DNA from: Lingula anatina
Taxonomy: Eukaryota; Animalia; Brachiopoda
Assembly: GCA_051362555.1 (NCBI GenBank)
Contig: CM120641.1
Span: 46,816,401-46,880,400, forward strand
Direction of reading: 5' to 3'
Length of the DNA stretch: 64,000 nt
The notes beneath the pieces are model-generated. The model was not told the DNA's origin. It saw only the letters and a program-made list of their open reading frames with translations, and did no database searches. A program made the position numbers and the translations under genes. How positions within the stretch are numbered: position 1 is the stretch's first letter; each line of letters starts with the position of its first letter. This document shows positions 60,451-64,000 of the stretch, piece after piece.

Positions 60451-62373
60451 AATTTAGGTGAATCATTTTCAAATGAATGAATAAATTGAAAATTGAATGG
60501 AGATAATATAAGAGTGACATGAACGCAGCCTCATTAAAAAAGAAATTGTTTAAAAAAAAGCTTGATTTTTTGCACATGTCATTTCCTGGTGTATGGGTAT
60601 TAGTTCATGCAGGAAATCTTTACTTTTACAATTTTTTTGCATTTTAATCACATCTTTTGTCTTACAGCTTGTTTGTCGCTGTTCTGGTTGATAACTTTCA
60701 ACTTACTTTGGAAGCAGCAAATGAAGCAAAAAGGGGCAAGAAAAAGGTACAAGTATAGCCCTTTTTTCTGAAAAAGCTTGAATAAATACGACATATTAAT
60801 GTGATTGCAAAATAACTTTGGTGGAAATATTTTAACTAAGTTTGACTTGTTTCAGCATCCAGATGATAGTGATGATGAAGATGATATTTTTGCTGTATCC
60901 GAGGTTTCTGGTAAGTATTATATATGTCATACCATCACTTGCATGTTGTTGGGCACATATTGAGTGATTTTTGAAATTGCAGATTTACACTGCTGTTATT
61001 ATATATCATTAAATTTTTTCTACCAGTGTCTCAAGCCTCCTTTTTTGTTTTGTTTTCAAGTTGCTTACGATAAAGCATATGGGATTCACATTTTCACTGT
61101 AAAATGTTAGAGAGATAATAGTTTTTTGTAGTAACAGTTATACCTTGCACTTAAAATGTAATCCACCATTTTTGTTGTATGCCTACTTAAAATTATCTAA
61201 AGCATATATTTATATTTAAGATGAAACTGACAGCACTCAAAACAGCCAAATGTCCTCAAGACTGCAGAGACAAACCATCACTGAATATTTTGGAGGTTCA
61301 GAATTAAAGGATAGGTTAGATATATAATAATAAAATTAATGTAGTTTAGTTAAGTCTCTAAATTAGCATTTTAATAAAACCCACATGTATATATATATGA
61401 CTTTTTGTAAAATTATGTTTGAATTGCAAATTTTAATATTTTTAAAGTAAAATGACCAAACAAGTTATTAACATCTGTGATATCGAGGAGAAGAGAAATT
61501 TTAGGAAATGTCTCATCTATGGCCAGCTGTTTGTTTTCAGAGAAATATCCCAAATGAGGACAATCTTCCAGTTGTTGGCAGCCCTGGAGTACAACCACAG
61601 CACTCTGAAGAGCCAGCAGCAGGTGGTGGACCTCATGGTGGACACATGTACTGAGGTGGGCAGTCTGCTTCCTGGTTATTACAGCTAATTAGTACTAATT
61701 ATTACAGCTGTTTAGTACTAGTGATTACAGTACTAGTACTAGTGATTACAGCTAACTAGTACTAGTTATTACAGCTAACTAGTACTAGTTATTACAGCTT
61801 ATTAGTACTAGTTACGAGTTGTCCCCTATATGCGACATACAAGAGCATAATTATATTAAGGCCCAGTTGAGATGTAATTTGCTCTTGTATGTCGCATACA
61901 GGGGACGATGAGTAGTTGTAACTGATTACGACTTATACCACTGATGGCACTTCAAACAATAGGATGAATCTATTGTACACTTAAATTGAGGTCATTAATT
62001 GGCAATAACAGTTGGATTTTTTTCTTTAATGAATGTGAAATTGCTTTAAAAATATACCATGATAATTTTTCTTTTTCCAAATTGCATGTTGTTATACTGG
62101 TAGTAAGTGACAATTAAATGATGTGAAAGCATTAAACTTTATATGGTGGATAGTACATTATAAGTACTAGTATTTAGAAGCAGACATTTTTTAACTGTTG
62201 GTGATCAAAATATGAAAAAACAACACTCGTATTTATACTTTCTTTATTTACTGTAAAGAAATATATAGCAAGACAGTTAGCAAAACAAGATAGATGAACA
62301 CATTAGTAAAAAATATAAAATTCAATACAATTTATAAAATGCTCTCTGTTTTCAGACAAATGATGACATGTGA
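56706..62373 (+). CDS. CATSPER1: Cation channel sperm-associated protein 1-like (CatSper alpha subunit); 12 coding exons
   Basis: Exons 56706-57005, 57403-57661, 57974-58084, 58464-58617, 59076-59167, 59699-59848, 60134-60197, 60668-60746, 60856-60910, 61221-61314, 61541-61655, 62356-62373. Single 6-TM repeat; S4 FRMLRIFRAVRAIRALRVLRTIR; pore FTLFQLLTLDDWFYIY (TLDDW as in CatSper1); S6 YFIFLNLFVAVLVDNFQ; C-terminal coiled coil. Confidence 0.85.
59168..59698 (+). other. U12-type (minor spliceosome) GT-AG intron in CatSper1
   Basis: 5' GTATCCTC; branch-like TACCTTGAC at 59679-59687, ~12 nt from the AG; no polypyrimidine tract; splicing restores LFM-Y-MFAVIG. Confidence 0.8.
60287..60442. repeat. 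Inverted duplication centred on (AT)n, followed by a long (AT)n tract
   Basis: atattcaaattttttcgaagctgttctcattg-(AT)n-caatgagaacagcttcgaaaaaatttgaatat, then (AT)n. Confidence 0.9.
61676..61906. repeat. 23-bp minisatellite followed by an 86-bp hairpin
   Basis: (ttacagctaactagtactagtta)-like units at 61676-61815; gtcccctatatgcgacatacaagagca...tgctcttgtatgtcgcatacaggggac at 61821-61906. Confidence 0.8.
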
Positions 62374-63189
62374 TGGCGGTGGGATTGGACGGAAATTTTC
62401 ACAACAAAAGGAATGCTGATGACATTTATGCAAAGTAACTTGACAATATTAAGTTACATATAATCTGCACAAACAATTTTACTGATGATCAGAGGTTGTT
62501 ACATATAGCCTCATAAAATTCAATAATATGTACACAGTACAAACATTTCCATTAATTTTACACAGTCACAAATTTCAAATAATCACTTCATAATATCTTT
62601 AATATATTATTTAAAATATACAATGTATATACTTCAAATAATATTTATACAAAAAAGTATGTGAATTCATTAACAGGTGGACAGCAAAATTTAAGCTTAA
62701 CTGCACTTGAACTGTGATAAGCTCTGTCAATTAAATACATGTATAATCACATTAAAAGATTTATTGAGCAAACCAGTCATTTTTTCATACTGTCTCAATC
62801 ATTTCTTTATCATAATACTTTTGTCTTAAGGCAAAAGAAGAAAAAATATATTTTGGCAAATGTTACAAAATGAAGGGTCAGTGGGTTTCTAATTTCATTG
62901 GACATAGTCTGTATTATATAACCCGTGTCAATTCCAAATGCTATGTAATGAACAGACTTATAATCAATTTGGCCTGCCTTGGAGTTGTTTCTCAACAATT
63001 TTAGAGTTGTTTGATGTATCATTTATTGAGAAAATAGACAAGTAAACAATCTCTTAAAATATCTGGTTGTCCAGTTCAGATCTGGCAAGTGGCTACATAA
63101 TCTACTCCTTACATACTGTAGGATAACTGGTATTGGTAACACTACTGCTATTACCACCCTATCTTGTGACCATGATAACAGGCACGGTT

Positions 63190-63324
63190 ATCAGGACATG
63201 ATAACAGGACAGTCAAGGCTTGAAGACTGTTCCACGGGTCTGGTATGTTTCTTGGTCCTCAGCGGCGTCTTGTTGGTGACTGTGTGCCTGGCTGCCCAGA
63301 ATCTCCCTTAGATTTCTTCTTGGT
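63190..63324 (-). CDS. Probable terminal coding exon of a minus-strand gene extending beyond the window; product unknown
   Basis: GC-richer block after an acceptor (ttttag|acc on the minus strand); the phase-0 reading is TKKKSKGRFWAARHTVTNKTPLRTKKHTRPVEQSSSLDCPVIMS*; frame cannot be fixed from this window. Confidence 0.35.
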
Positions 63325-64000
63325 CTAAAATAATGGAGTACATAGTCAGTTTACTATTATTACTGTAAAAATATTTTCTATAAAAACTGGAATTGATACA
63401 ATAATAATAAAATTTATAACCAAACTGTGTAATATATACAAACCTGTAGAAAATATAGAAACTTCATAGGTTGATATTTAGCAAAATGTATACAAAATTT
63501 AATTTTTTCTCAAAAAAGCTAAAATTCGACATTCTGCAAATTAATAAGAAAAAATAAAAGAGAAATCACTTAAACTGGGTACATACTTACAGGAGGTTTA
63601 TCAATCATAAATTCTAATACACTGAATTAGTATTGAATTAGAAGTTGAAAACAAACTTTTTGTAAAATTCTGAGACAAAGTCAACAGTATTGTTGCTTTA
63701 AGTGGAAATTGGGTTTTATTGCTCCAGAATTACACAAAATGTAGCTATAGTAAGTGTGAAATGGCAGGAAGACTAGACAAAGTTAACAGGGAACTACGTG
63801 GTATGTGTACTCTTTACCTTTCCCTCTACCTGCAAACTCCTTGTACTAAATGATTTGGTCATCTACAAATAGCAATTCTTATACATAACATAAAGCTTCT
63901 TTAAAAGCTTTATAACATAAATATACCACTAACAAAGAGATGTGTTATCTAGACCTTTTCAGTGTCTTTAAGGGGATTATATAGCAAGCTTTCAAGTGGG

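Noticed and set aside
63187-63192. TGA-TAA end of the putative terminal exon as a selenocysteine signal
   Set aside because: Reading frame is uncertain, there is no redox motif and no convincing SECIS was seen

Overview
AT-rich, intron-rich animal genomic DNA; the repeat families and CpG pattern suggest an invertebrate, possibly a mollusc or other lophotrochozoan (inference only). Six protein-coding genes can be assembled by hand from splice signals: (1) an extended-synaptotagmin/tricalbin-like TM-SMP-multi-C2 gene (+, 6413-27718, ~25 exons); (2) NDUFAF5 (-, 28764-32917); (3) kizuna/KIZ (-, 37808-45322); (4) an intronless 572-aa ORF with no family I recognise (+, 49246-50964); (5) CAMKMT (-, 52187-56138); (6) a CatSper1-type sperm Ca2+ channel (+, 56706-62373). 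A probable terminal exon of a seventh gene lies at ~63.2 kb. Non-coding DNA carries two Helentron-associated (HINE/DINE-1-like) elements, a family of fold-back PIF/Harbinger-like MITEs, a TIR element with a 6-bp TSD, retroposon 3' ends, perfect palindromes and minisatellites. The most unusual signals are tandem repeats built from functional gene punctuation. An 18-bp array amplifies a 5' splice site in frame and gives a ladder of same-phase donors in the E-Syt-like gene, and a 57/58-bp array amplifies the last codons plus stop of KIZ. The CatSper1 gene also has a U12-type intron. No prokaryote-type system (CRISPR, operon) is present. Exon boundaries were read by eye and may be off by a few bases.
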